Below, one piece after another: positions 1 through 8,991 of a DNA stretch of 64,000 bases. The position numbers and the translations under genes are program-made. Each line of letters opens with the position of its first letter. Position 1 is the stretch's first letter. The stretch lies in NCBI GenBank assembly GCA_004297205.1, contig SCUL01000002.1, positions 381,418 through 445,417 of the forward strand, read 5' to 3'. The DNA comes from Patescibacteria group bacterium (lineage in GTDB: Bacteria > Patescibacteriota > Patescibacteriia > 2-12-FULL-57-11). Below the pieces are notes generated by a model. That model did no database searches. It was not told the DNA's origin and saw only the letters and a list, made by a program, of their open reading frames with translations.

Positions 1-51
1 AACGCCTTCCTTGTTTAACAAAAACGCCCCCACCTTTCGGTGAGGGAGTTT

Positions 52-128
52 TGGTTGCGGGGGCGGGATTTGAACCCGCGACCTCCAGGTTATGGGCCTG
101 GCGAGCTGCCGGGCTGCTCTACCCCGCG
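52..128 (-). tRNA. tRNA-Met (anticodon CAU), probably initiator tRNA-fMet
   Basis: Reverse complement folds as a 77-nt cloverleaf. Acceptor stem CGCGGGG/CCCCGCA plus ACCA gives a C1:A72 mismatch, the bacterial initiator determinant. D-stem GAGC/GCUC has A11:U24, also initiator-like. Anticodon loop is CCCATAA (CAT). T-loop is GGTTCAAATCC. Only two G:C pairs precede the anticodon loop instead of three, so initiator status is probable, not certain. Confidence 0.85.
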
Positions 129-291
129 ACAAGGGGAAAACGTGGTCGGATCGTACCAGCGCGCACCCTTTTCGTCAAGTCAGGAGGGCGGGTTGCCCGT
201 CCCATCCCATTTGATAAGGTAGCCCCGCTTTCGGCATGGGGCCGGAGCATTGACAACCTGAGAACAACAGGCGCGCAGACGCCGGGAGTCC

Positions 292-3117
292 GTGATGATC
301 AGTCGATCGTACCTGGTGCGGCAAGGGGACGACCCTGAAGCCGCACACCTGCTGGCGCGCCTCCGGCGTGCCGGTTATGCCCTCGACGGACTGGCCGTCG
401 AGCGCGTCCTGCGGGTCGAAGGCACGTCGCCCGAGACCCTGGCGGCTCTGACGCCGCTCACCGACCACCCCGTGCTCGGCACGGCGACGCCCGCCTCGCA
501 GCTCGATCCCGCCACGGGCCCGATCCGCGAGGTGAGCTACAAGCGCTCCATGACCGACCCGGAGATGGCCAGCTACCTGCACGCCGCGCAAGCGGCCAAG
601 GTGGAGGGCATCGCCTGGGTGCGGCTCGCCGCTCGCTACCAGTTCGTCGGTGCCGACGCGGCGACGGCGGACGAGATCGTCTCCCGGCATCTGATGAACA
701 CGCAGGTGCAGACCACGCTCGCGCCGGGCGAGGAGTGGGATACGCTGGTGCCGCAAGGTGCGAGCGGCGGCGTCGAAATGATCGACGTCGCAGCCATGGA
801 CCTGCTCCAGCTGGAGCAGCTCTCCGAGCAGCGCCGACTGTTCCTGTCCGACGCTCAGCTGCGCGAGATCCTCTGGTTCTACGACGCAGCGGGCCGACCG
901 GCCCGCGACGTCGAGCTCGAGATGATCGCCGCGGCCTGGAGCGACCACTGCAACCACTCGACGTGGAAGGCATTGGGGCTCCTGCAGCTGCTGCGCACCA
1001 CGACCGAGGAGATCAACCACCCGCTGGTCCTCTCCGCCTTCGTCGACAACAGCGGCGTCATGCAGTTCTACGGCGGGTACGCGCTCTGCATCAAGGGCGA
1101 GACCCACATCTCCCCGACCTTCGGGGGTGCGCCGTACGGCGGCATCATGACCAAGCACGGCGGCGTGATCCGCGACATCATCTTCACCGCGCAGGGCGCT
1201 TGGCCCTTCGCGGGAACGACGGTGATGGCCACGGTCAACCCGGGCATCGCCTGGGAGGAGGTGCCGGTCGGCGCCTTCCACCCGGAGACGGTGGTGCGGG
1301 AATCCATCCGCGGCACCCACGACTACACCAACCCCATGGGCATCCCCATGGCCTGGTCGGAGTACCTCGAGGACGACCGCAACTGGAAGGGCTGCGCGCT
1401 CGGCCACTCGGTCGGCGTGCTGCCCGCGGCGCGCGCCCAGAAGGGCACGCCTCGGCCCGGCGACGTCGTGCTGCTCATCGGTGAGCGGACCGGCAACGAC
1501 GGGCTCCACGGCGCCACGGTGAGCTCGGCCAAGATGACGAGCGAGACCGCGCTGGTCGACGCCGCGCACGTCCAGATCGGCATGCCGATCGGCGAGCGCG
1601 TCTTCATGGAAGCGGTCCCGACGCTGCGCGATGCGGATTGCATCCGCGCCTGCACCGACTGCGGCGCAGCGGGACTGGCTTCGGCCGTCGGCGAGATGGG
1701 CAACCCGGGAGGGGTGTACATCGAGCTCGACAAGGTGCCGCTCAAGTGCGCGACCATGCTCCCCTGGCAGATTCTTCTCTCGGAGAGTCAGGAGCGCGGC
1801 GTGCTCGCCGTGCCGCCGGAAAAGCTGGCGGAGGCCGAGCGCATCCTGACCGACTACAACGTGCCGTTCGCGGCGCTCGGCGTCTTCACCGACACCGGAC
1901 GCTTCGAGGCAACCCACGGCGAGACCATCGTCTGCGACCTGCCGTACTCCTTCCTGGGGACGGACGGTCCGCTGCCCGACATCGCGGTGCGGGAGCTCGA
2001 ACGGGCTCCTGTCGTCACGTCGCTTCCCGCTCTGCCCGCCTCGCCCGAGGCCTGGGTGGAGATGATCGCCGCGCACCTGGCGCGCTACAACATCTGTGAC
2101 CAGTCGGCCGCGGCGCATCGCTACGACCAGACGGTCCAGGGGAACACCGTGCTCCCCTACATCGGCGGCCTCCGGCAGAACATGCCGGACGAACTCGCGG
2201 TCTACACGCCCGTCCCCGGCGAACGCTGGGGCGCGGGACTCGCGGTGGCCACGAGCCAGCGCTACGCCGATCTCGACCCGTATGCCTGCGGGCATCTCGT
2301 CGCAGCCCAGGCCTTCACGCGGCTGGTGGCGGCCGGCTTCGCGCCGGGCGACATCGTCTGCAACGTGAACGTCTACACGCCGCGCGTCACCGACAACCCG
2401 GAGAACGCCTGGCGTCTCCAGCAGCTGGTGCGCGGTTACAACAGCGCCGCCCGCGCGCTGGACATGCCGGTCATCTCCGGCAAGGACAGCTCGAGCGGGA
2501 CCTTCGTCACCAAGGATGGACGGCGCATCGACGCGCCGCTCAGCCTGACCGTGGCCGCGCTCGGGCGCATGCCCGACGCCGGCCGCGTCATCCCGAAGCC
2601 GTTCGCGCAAGCCGGCGACCGGATCATCCTGTTCCGCCCCGGACACGGCTGGAACGGACTGGGCGGCTCCGAGTACCTGGCGGCGCACGGCGGCAACGAC
2701 GTCCTGCCGACTCTGGATCTCACGAAGCTCCTCAGCGGCATGCGGCGATACAACGCCTTCCTGACCGACGGCGGACGCGTCTCGTCGCGCTCCGTCATCG
2801 CCCAGGGCGGGCTCATCCGCCGGCTCTTCGAGATGGCGGTGGGAAGCGACGGCCTCGGCTGCCGCATCCAGCTGCCCGACGAGGACCCGGCACGGGTGCT
2901 CTTCGCGGAGTGGAACGGGGCCATCGTCTTCGCGACCGGCGACGACGGCTGGCGGCGCTTCCTCGGGGAGCGCGACGACACCATCGAGATCGGCATCGTC
3001 ACCGACGAGCCGGTCATCCGCGTCCACGCCCGCGGCGCGGAGCGCAACTTCTTCGACGCGCCGCTCGCGCGGCTCGCCGAGGGGTGGAGCAGGACCTTCA
3101 CGGAGGTGGCGCGATGA
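292..3117 (+). CDS. purL: Phosphoribosylformylglycinamidine synthase II (FGAM synthase, PurL) with an N-terminal PurS-like extension
   Basis: 941-aa ORF with PurL/AIR-synthase-related domain similarity, including a glycine-rich region. The N-terminal ~150 aa look like one or two PurS-like repeats. Its stop overlaps the purQ start (ATGA). Confidence 0.85.
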   Translation: MMISRSYLVRQGDDPEAAHLLARLRRAGYALDGLAVERVLRVEGTSPETLAALTPLTDHPVLGTATPASQLDPATGPIREVSYKRSMTDPEMASYLHAAQAAKVEGIAWVRLAARYQFVGADAATADEIVSRHLMNTQVQTTLAPGEEWDTLVPQGASGGVEMIDVAAMDLLQLEQLSEQRRLFLSDAQLREILWFYDAAGRPARDVELEMIAAAWSDHCNHSTWKALGLLQLLRTTTEEINHPLVLSAFVDNSGVMQFYGGYALCIKGETHISPTFGGAPYGGIMTKHGGVIRDIIFTAQGAWPFAGTTVMATVNPGIAWEEVPVGAFHPETVVRESIRGTHDYTNPMGIPMAWSEYLEDDRNWKGCALGHSVGVLPAARAQKGTPRPGDVVLLIGERTGNDGLHGATVSSAKMTSETALVDAAHVQIGMPIGERVFMEAVPTLRDADCIRACTDCGAAGLASAVGEMGNPGGVYIELDKVPLKCATMLPWQILLSESQERGVLAVPPEKLAEAERILTDYNVPFAALGVFTDTGRFEATHGETIVCDLPYSFLGTDGPLPDIAVRELERAPVVTSLPALPASPEAWVEMIAAHLARYNICDQSAAAHRYDQTVQGNTVLPYIGGLRQNMPDELAVYTPVPGERWGAGLAVATSQRYADLDPYACGHLVAAQAFTRLVAAGFAPGDIVCNVNVYTPRVTDNPENAWRLQQLVRGYNSAARALDMPVISGKDSSSGTFVTKDGRRIDAPLSLTVAALGRMPDAGRVIPKPFAQAGDRIILFRPGHGWNGLGGSEYLAAHGGNDVLPTLDLTKLLSGMRRYNAFLTDGGRVSSRSVIAQGGLIRRLFEMAVGSDGLGCRIQLPDEDPARVLFAEWNGAIVFATGDDGWRRFLGERDDTIEIGIVTDEPVIRVHARGAERNFFDAPLARLAEGWSRTFTEVAR

Positions 3118-3833
3118 CGAAACCCTCGGTATGCATCCTGTGGTTCCCCGGAACCAACTGCCATCACGAGATGGCGCGGGCCTTCGAGAAGGCCGGCGCA
3201 ACCGTCACGATCGTGCTCCTGCGTGAGCTCATCGACGGCCGCCGGAAGCTCACGGACTGCGACATCCTCGGGTTCCCGGGCGGTTTCAGCTTCGGGGACC
3301 ACTTCGGGAGCGGACGGGTCGCCGCGTTCGATCTCGTCCGGCGCTTCGGCGACCAGCTCGCCGCGGCGCGCGACAAGCGCATCCCGATGCTCGGGGTCTG
3401 CAACGGCTTCCAGATCCTCGTCACCGCAGGGCTCCTGCCCGGCGACGGCGGAATCGGGATGCCGACGGCACTGCTCGATGCGAACCACTCGGCGCGCTTC
3501 GAACACTGGAGCGAAACCAAAGTCGTCCTGCGCGACCCGGGCAACTGTGTCTGGACGCGCGGCCTCGGCGGACGCGAGATCGTCATGCCCGTGGCGCACG
3601 GAGAGGGCCGACTCGTCGGTCCGCATCCGGAGCGCTGGACGGTGATGGCGACCTACGCCACGTTGGAGGGAGACGCCTCCTACCCGGCAAGTCCGAACGG
3701 CAGCCCCATCGCGGGGATCTGCAACGAGGAGATTGCCGGGCTCATGCCCCACCCCGAGCGGCGCATCGACGCGCTGCACGGCGGTGACGGCGGACTCGCG
3801 ATCTTCAAAGCCGGCGTGGGCGCGGTGCGCTGA
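3114..3833 (+). CDS. purQ: Phosphoribosylformylglycinamidine synthase glutamine amidotransferase subunit PurQ
   Basis: 239 aa. Begins MTKPSVCILWFPGTNCHHEMA. Class I glutamine amidotransferase motifs are present (GVCNGFQIL, HPE). The ATG overlaps the purL stop. Confidence 0.9.
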   Translation: MTKPSVCILWFPGTNCHHEMARAFEKAGATVTIVLLRELIDGRRKLTDCDILGFPGGFSFGDHFGSGRVAAFDLVRRFGDQLAAARDKRIPMLGVCNGFQILVTAGLLPGDGGIGMPTALLDANHSARFEHWSETKVVLRDPGNCVWTRGLGGREIVMPVAHGEGRLVGPHPERWTVMATYATLEGDASYPASPNGSPIAGICNEEIAGLMPHPERRIDALHGGDGGLAIFKAGVGAVR

Positions 3834-3949
3834 GCGCGCGAGCGCACACGTCGGCGGCGGTGTCTTCGGACACCGCCTCTTTTTTTATCCACCCTGCGGC
3901 GTTGCCAAGCCACCCAATACCCCGTATACTGAACCCCAATAAACGGACT

Positions 3950-4411
3950 ATGTTTCTCGCCACTCACGCCACTGTCGGTGCCATTGTCGGCCGCGCCGCC
4001 CCGGACCCCATCTCCGCCTTCTTCCTGGCGTTCGCCTCGCATTTCCTGCTCGACATCATCCCGCACGGCGACGCCGACCTGTACAAGGACTACAAGCGCG
4101 GCAACAAGGTGCGGCTGGCGCTTAGCTACACCATGATCGATGCCATCGTCACGGCCTACGTCGTCGTGGCCATCGCCCAGGCACGGTTGTTCGACAGCGG
4201 CCTCAACGTCGCCGCCGGCGTCGTCGGCGGACTGCTGCCGGACCTGCTCGTCGGCATCTTTGAAGTGACGAAGACGCGCTGGCTCGTGAAGTTCCACGCC
4301 GTCCACTTCTTTTTCCACAACATGTTCGTCAACAAGTACCGCGACGTGTCTTTCATGACCGGCGTCGCCTACCAGCTCGTCATTCTCATTTTCCTCCAGA
4401 CGCGCATCTGA
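3950..4411 (+). CDS. Hypothetical integral membrane protein (DUF3307-like, HFLLDxxxH motif)
   Basis: ORF 3860..4411 trimmed to the ATG at 3950. Hydrophobic helices and an HFLLDIIPHGD motif. The region is AT-richer than its flanks. Followed by a strong terminator. Confidence 0.5.
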   Translation: MFLATHATVGAIVGRAAPDPISAFFLAFASHFLLDIIPHGDADLYKDYKRGNKVRLALSYTMIDAIVTAYVVVAIAQARLFDSGLNVAAGVVGGLLPDLLVGIFEVTKTRWLVKFHAVHFFFHNMFVNKYRDVSFMTGVAYQLVILIFLQTRI

Positions 4412-4415
4412 GCGG

Positions 4416-4448
4416 ATGAAAAAGTCCCGCCTCTCGGCGGGACTTTTT
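4416..4448. terminator. Bidirectional rho-independent terminator between convergent genes
   Basis: aaaaaGTCCCGCCtctcGGCGGGACttttttgtt: a GC stem flanked by an A-tract and a T-tract. It lies between the 3950..4411(+) ORF and dacC(-). Confidence 0.8.
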
Positions 4449-4453
4449 TGTTG

Positions 4454-5386
4454 TTATCGGAGCGCCGTCTGCTCGGGCCAGCGCCAGGCGTCGAAGGCCC
4501 AAACCGCCAGGGCCTTGGCATCGGCGAAACGCGTGGCGGGGCTCTGACTACCCAACACCACGACGTAGACCTGCTGGGTGCGCTCGTGCGAGACGGCGAT
4601 GGCCAGATGGTAGCCGACCTCGTCGCCGAGCGAGCCGGTCTTGCCGCCGCGGATGGCATACGGTTCGCGCGACAGGAACGTGCCGAGCAGCTGGTCCGTG
4701 GATTTCAGGATGCGGCGTTTGCGGTTCTTGGGGTTCGCCGGCACCACTTCGACCTCCTCCTTGATGACGGTCTGGCGGATGTCGTCCATGGCAAAGGCCG
4801 CGCGGGCCAAGAGCAGCACGTCCTGCGCCGTGGCGCGGTTGGCCTCGTCGAGGCCGGTCGGTTCCGTGAAACGCGCATCCATCATGCCGAGCGCCTGCGC
4901 CTTGGCGTTCATGCGCGCCACAAAGGCCTCGTCCGTGAACCCGGTGGAGCGCGCCAGGGCGACCGTTGCGGTATTGGAAGAGCCCACGAGCGCGGCATTC
5001 CAGAGATCCCCCACCGAAACGTCTTCACCGGGAATGAAATACTCGACGCCGCCGCCGCGCTGATCCGCCGTCCGGATCTCGTAACGCGCATCAAAATCAA
5101 CGCCGCTCTCAAGCACGACGAGCGCCGTCATGAGTTTGGTCAGCGAAGCAATGGCGTGCGCGTCGCCCGCGGCCTTTTCATACAGCACGAGTCCGCTGGC
5201 GGCATCAGCCACGACGGCGCTCTTCGCGGTGACGGCCATGCCGAGCGACTCCGCGCGGACCTTGGTGGGCGCGCCGGCGGGACGTACGGCCGGCGCCGCC
5301 GGCACGAGGCGCGCCGGCGCTTCCGCGACGACGTGCGGCGCGGCAAGCAGGAGCAGGATTTGGAGAACGAGCGCGAAGGGGTTCAT
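4454..5386 (-). CDS. D-alanyl-D-alanine carboxypeptidase (serine-type, PBP5/6 family), secreted
   Basis: 310 aa with an N-terminal signal peptide (MNPFALVLQILLLLAAPHVVA). Active-site SxxK (ASLTKLM), an SxN-like motif (GSSN) and a KTG motif (GKTGS) are present. Confidence 0.8.
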   Translation of the reverse strand: MNPFALVLQILLLLAAPHVVAEAPARLVPAAPAVRPAGAPTKVRAESLGMAVTAKSAVVADAASGLVLYEKAAGDAHAIASLTKLMTALVVLESGVDFDARYEIRTADQRGGGVEYFIPGEDVSVGDLWNAALVGSSNTATVALARSTGFTDEAFVARMNAKAQALGMMDARFTEPTGLDEANRATAQDVLLLARAAFAMDDIRQTVIKEEVEVVPANPKNRKRRILKSTDQLLGTFLSREPYAIRGGKTGSLGDEVGYHLAIAVSHERTQQVYVVVLGSQSPATRFADAKALAVWAFDAWRWPEQTALR

Positions 5387-5952
5387 ACCGCCAGCGCAGG
5401 CTGCTCCGGCGGAGCATCGGTCGCGGCCGCCGTCGACAGGTTCGGATGCGCGTTCAGACGGCTGTAGTCCGGCAGGTCGGTGATGGCGTCGACGCCGAGA
5501 TGACGAAGGAACTCCATGCTGATGCGATAGGTGGTCTGGAGCAGGCGTTTGTCCTCGGCCGCTTCCACCAGTCCGCGCATCATCAGGTTGCGCAGGATGA
5601 GCGAACAGTTCACGCCGCGGATTTGTTCGATCTCCGGCTTCGTCACCGGACCGCGGTACGCGATGATGGTGAGGGTTTCCAGCGCCGGGCGCGTCAACTC
5701 CCCGGTCGTTTCGTCTTTGAGGAACGCAGCAATGATTTCCGCTGCGGCAGGCGCCGTCACCATCTGGGCCTCGTCACCGTTCACGAGCACGCGGATGCCG
5801 CCGGCGCGCGCGGCGTGCACCGCGGCGATCTCGGCGAGCGCCGTCTCGACCTGCGGTTTCTTGGCGCCGGTGAGCTGCGCCAGCTTGGCCGAGGCCAGCG
5901 GTTTGCTGGAGGCGAAGAGAAGCGCTTCGATCTGCACGGCAAGCGGACTCAT
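5383..5952 (-). CDS. scpB: Segregation and condensation protein B
   Basis: 189 aa with a ScpB winged-helix pattern (IEALLFASSKPL...LAQLTG; TLTIIAYRGPVTKPEIEQIRGV). Overlaps the scpA stop by 4 nt. Confidence 0.85.
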   Translation of the reverse strand: MSPLAVQIEALLFASSKPLASAKLAQLTGAKKPQVETALAEIAAVHAARAGGIRVLVNGDEAQMVTAPAAAEIIAAFLKDETTGELTRPALETLTIIAYRGPVTKPEIEQIRGVNCSLILRNLMMRGLVEAAEDKRLLQTTYRISMEFLRHLGVDAITDLPDYSRLNAHPNLSTAAATDAPPEQPALAV

Positions 5953-6680
5953 AGGGCGGGCACGTCAATGAGGGCGCCGATCGGCGTCTCCCCTTTCTCG
6001 ATCACCATTTCAGAAAACAATTCGTCCTGCGTCACGCGGATGGAGCGCATCTTGATGAGCTCCAGGAGCGCCAGGAAGCTCACCACCACGTCGGTGGTGC
6101 TTTCGGCGGAGCGAAGGAACGTGCCGAAGCTCACCGACTTCTGCGCCGCCAGCAGGTCCTTGAGGTGCGCGATGCGCTCCTGGATGGACACGGCGCGGGC
6201 CACGGCGGCCCTGGGCAGTTTCACGACCGGCTCGAGCGCGGCGATGACCTCGCGGAAGGTTTCCGCCAGGCGATCCGGAGTCACGCCCGCGGGCGGCGAG
6301 AACATCCCCTGCTGCAGCGGCGCACGCTCACGTCCGAAACTGAAACCGCCTTTCTTGAGACGCGCTTCGAGCAGTTTGGCCGCCGCCAGGTACTCCTTGT
6401 ACATGCGCAGCTGCTCCTCGAGCGAGATGCCTTCTTCCTCGAGGCCGAGCGGCACCGTCGGCAGGAGGATCTTCGACTTGATGTACAGGAGCTTGGCCGC
6501 GACGACCAGAAAATCGGCGAGATCCTCGGCCGGCACCGGCGCATGCTCCAGATGCTCGATGTACTGGTTGGTGACCTCCGCCAGCGAGACCTCCGAAATC
6601 GGCAACTCCTCCCGCTCGATGAGCTGGAGGAGAAGATCGAGCGGTCCTTCGAACTGCTGGAGTTTCACCGCGTAGGCCAT
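5949..6680 (-). CDS. scpA: Segregation and condensation protein A
   Basis: 243 aa. The N-terminus (FEGPLDLLLQLIEREEL...ISEV) is a typical ScpA kleisin. Confidence 0.85.
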   Translation of the reverse strand: MAYAVKLQQFEGPLDLLLQLIEREELPISEVSLAEVTNQYIEHLEHAPVPAEDLADFLVVAAKLLYIKSKILLPTVPLGLEEEGISLEEQLRMYKEYLAAAKLLEARLKKGGFSFGRERAPLQQGMFSPPAGVTPDRLAETFREVIAALEPVVKLPRAAVARAVSIQERIAHLKDLLAAQKSVSFGTFLRSAESTTDVVVSFLALLELIKMRSIRVTQDELFSEMVIEKGETPIGALIDVPAL

Positions 6681-6683
6681 GGT

Positions 6684-7325
6684 TCAGGCGCGCTTTTTCT
6701 TGGCAACCTTTTTCGCCGGACGCTTCTTGGCCGGCTTCTTCTTTTTCTTGGGGTGCGTCTGCAACTTCACGCCGCTCTTCGTGCCGAATTTGCCGACCGT
6801 GGCTCCTTCCGCCTTCACGAAGTCCTTCACCTTCATGCGCAACGAATCGGTCAGGGATCCGGCGCGGAAAATCGCATCGCGGGTCGTGAGCAGCCCCTTG
6901 TCGACGAGCACCATGGCGCCGCCGTAGACCGCGGCAAACGGCGGCTGCGTTCCCGGTTCGATGCCGAGCTTGGCAATCAGCTTTTCCGGCGCCAAGGAGA
7001 CGCGGGCCGCCTTCATCTTCTTTTTGACCATGCCAAAGTCGGCGCGATACGAGGCCGGGATGACCAGGACGACCTTCTGTCCCTTGATCTTCATCTGCGG
7101 CAGGTCGACCGACAGCAGCAGCGTTTTGGCGATGCGGTTCAAGTCCTCGCCCATGGTCTGGGCCAGGTCGTAGGCCGTGTAGACCTTGCGGTGGGAGACG
7201 ACCTCGAACGGCAGGTTGCGCTTGTCGAGCGCGGCCAAGAGCGCCTTCGGGATGGCGACTTTCCGCACCGCTTGTTTCTTTGCGGAATTCTTTTTCTTGG
7301 CCTGCTTCCTTTTCTTCGCGGGCAT
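6684..7325 (-). CDS. YbaK/ProX-type aminoacyl-tRNA trans-editing deacylase with Lys-rich N- and C-terminal tails
   Basis: 213 aa. The central domain resembles the YbaK/ProX deacylase fold (FEVVSH...KTLLL..., GxxxGxxPF-like region). It is flanked by AKKRKQAKKKNSAKK at the N-terminus and KKKKKPAKKRPAKKVAKKKRA at the C-terminus. Confidence 0.6.
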   Translation of the reverse strand: MPAKKRKQAKKKNSAKKQAVRKVAIPKALLAALDKRNLPFEVVSHRKVYTAYDLAQTMGEDLNRIAKTLLLSVDLPQMKIKGQKVVLVIPASYRADFGMVKKKMKAARVSLAPEKLIAKLGIEPGTQPPFAAVYGGAMVLVDKGLLTTRDAIFRAGSLTDSLRMKVKDFVKAEGATVGKFGTKSGVKLQTHPKKKKKPAKKRPAKKVAKKKRA

Positions 7326-7337
7326 AGCGGGGGGGTG

Positions 7338-7628
7338 TTAGGACGCGGCGAGCGGCAGGCGCTGCTGCTGGCCGGCCAGCGCGCGGGCGGCGCGGCGCCC
7401 CGCCGGCGTGAGTCGAACTCCGGTAATATACCACTTTTTCGCCGTCTTTACTCCCGTCCCGATGACCAGTCCGCGCGTGATCAGCCGGTCCAGGGCGCGT
7501 GAGACGACCCGGGTTTTATGGCCGGCCATGGGCGTGCGGCGGCCGTTTTTGGCCGCCAAAGCGGACAGAAGAATGCGCTTCTGCAAGGCGGAGAGAGGCC
7601 GTTCAGGTGAAACGGATGTGGACATCAT
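7338..7628 (-). CDS. Hypothetical small basic protein (possible winged-helix DNA-binding)
   Basis: 96-aa ORF, Arg/Lys-rich. Its start overlaps the aspS 3' end, so the true start may be an internal Met. No family assignment. Confidence 0.35.
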   Translation of the reverse strand: MMSTSVSPERPLSALQKRILLSALAAKNGRRTPMAGHKTRVVSRALDRLITRGLVIGTGVKTAKKWYITGVRLTPAGRRAARALAGQQQRLPLAAS

Positions 7629-8988
7629 CGAGCGCCTGTTCCGAGGGGGCCGAAGGCGCGCCCATCATGAGGTCGCGGGCGTTGCCGTCCTTGGGGAAGG
7701 CCGTCACTTCACGGATGTTGGCCTCGCCGGCCATCAGCATGACGATGCGGTCGATGCCCGGCGCGAATCCCCCGTGCGGCGGCGCGCCGAAGGTGAAGGC
7801 TTCGAGCATGTGGCCGAAGCGGGCCTGCTGCTCCTCTTCCGAGATGCCCAGCAGGTCGAAAATCCGCTTCTGGAGGTCCTGCTCGTGGATGCGGATGCTG
7901 CCGGAGGAGAGCTCAAAGCCGTTCAGCACGAGGTCGTAGGCATTGGCGCGGATGCTCATGACATCCTCGCCGCGCATGAACTTCTCCTTGTCTTCTTCCT
8001 TGATCGAACAGAACGGGTGGTGCGTGGCGCCGATCTGTCCGTCTTCGCCCTTCTCGAACATCGGAAAATCGAGGATCCAACAGAAGGCCAATTCGTTCGG
8101 ATCATTCTTGTCTTTTCGGAGGTCCGGCTTATCGGTGCCGTATTTCTCCATGGACTCCGCGTACGTGATGCGCGGAAACGGCACGGCGGCCAGGCGCTTC
8201 TCCGGGAACAAGGACTCGGTGAGCGCAATGAACATGGCTTCCGTGAATCGCAGCACGTCTTCCTGGGTCACGAAGCTCATCTCAAAGTCGAGCTGGGTGA
8301 ACTCGGGTTGGCGGTCGCCGCGCTGGTCTTCGTCGCGGAAGCAACGCGCGATCTGGAAATAGCGCTCGAATCCGGCGACCATCAAGAGCTGCTTGAACTG
8401 CTGCGGGCTCTGCGGCAGCACGTAGCACTGGCCCTTGTGGATCCGCGACGGCACCAGGTACTCCCGCGATCCTTCCGGCGTCCCCTTCATGAGGATCGGC
8501 GTCTCGACCTCCACGAAGTCGTTCTGATGCATGTACTCCCGGAAGAACGAGATGATCGAGTCGCGCAGGCGGATGTTGCGCTGCATGCGTTCGCTGCGCA
8601 GGTCGAGGTAGCGGTACTTCAAACGCAGTTCTTCGCTCACTCCCCGCGTATCCTTATCGATCTCGAACGGCGGCGTCTTGGCGCGATTCAAGATTTCGAG
8701 CGTCAGCGCTTCCAGTTCCACCGTACCCGTGACCAGATCGGCATTCACCTGCTTGGCAGGGCGTGCGTTGACCTTGCCGGTGATGCGCACCACGAATTCC
8801 GACCGCAACTCGGACGCCTGCGCGAGCAGTTCCTTCTTTTCCGGCGTGAAGACGACTTGCAGCAGACCGCTGCGATCGCGCAGGTCGATGAAAATCAGTT
8901 TGCCCATGTCGCGGCGGGCATGAACCCAGCCGGCGACTTCCACCTCCTCCCCGACTTTGGGGACGATGTCGGTGACCCAGAGACGCAT
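7603..8988 (-). CDS. aspS: Aspartyl-tRNA synthetase, short archaeal/eukaryal-type (no GAD insertion)
   Basis: 461 aa. Class II motifs are present, including the motif 3 region FGAPPHGGFAPGIDRIVML and an N-terminal OB anticodon-binding domain. Its length is too short to hold the bacterial GAD insertion domain. Confidence 0.9.
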   Translation of the reverse strand: MRLWVTDIVPKVGEEVEVAGWVHARRDMGKLIFIDLRDRSGLLQVVFTPEKKELLAQASELRSEFVVRITGKVNARPAKQVNADLVTGTVELEALTLEILNRAKTPPFEIDKDTRGVSEELRLKYRYLDLRSERMQRNIRLRDSIISFFREYMHQNDFVEVETPILMKGTPEGSREYLVPSRIHKGQCYVLPQSPQQFKQLLMVAGFERYFQIARCFRDEDQRGDRQPEFTQLDFEMSFVTQEDVLRFTEAMFIALTESLFPEKRLAAVPFPRITYAESMEKYGTDKPDLRKDKNDPNELAFCWILDFPMFEKGEDGQIGATHHPFCSIKEEDKEKFMRGEDVMSIRANAYDLVLNGFELSSGSIRIHEQDLQKRIFDLLGISEEEQQARFGHMLEAFTFGAPPHGGFAPGIDRIVMLMAGEANIREVTAFPKDGNARDLMMGAPSAPSEQALDDVHIRFT

Positions 8989-8991
8989 AGC

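Noticed and set aside
175-3201. 1008-aa minus-strand ORF antisense to purL
   Set aside because: Arg/Ala/Gly/Pro-rich low-complexity translation typical of antisense frames in high-GC DNA. The plus-strand purL has clear family similarity.
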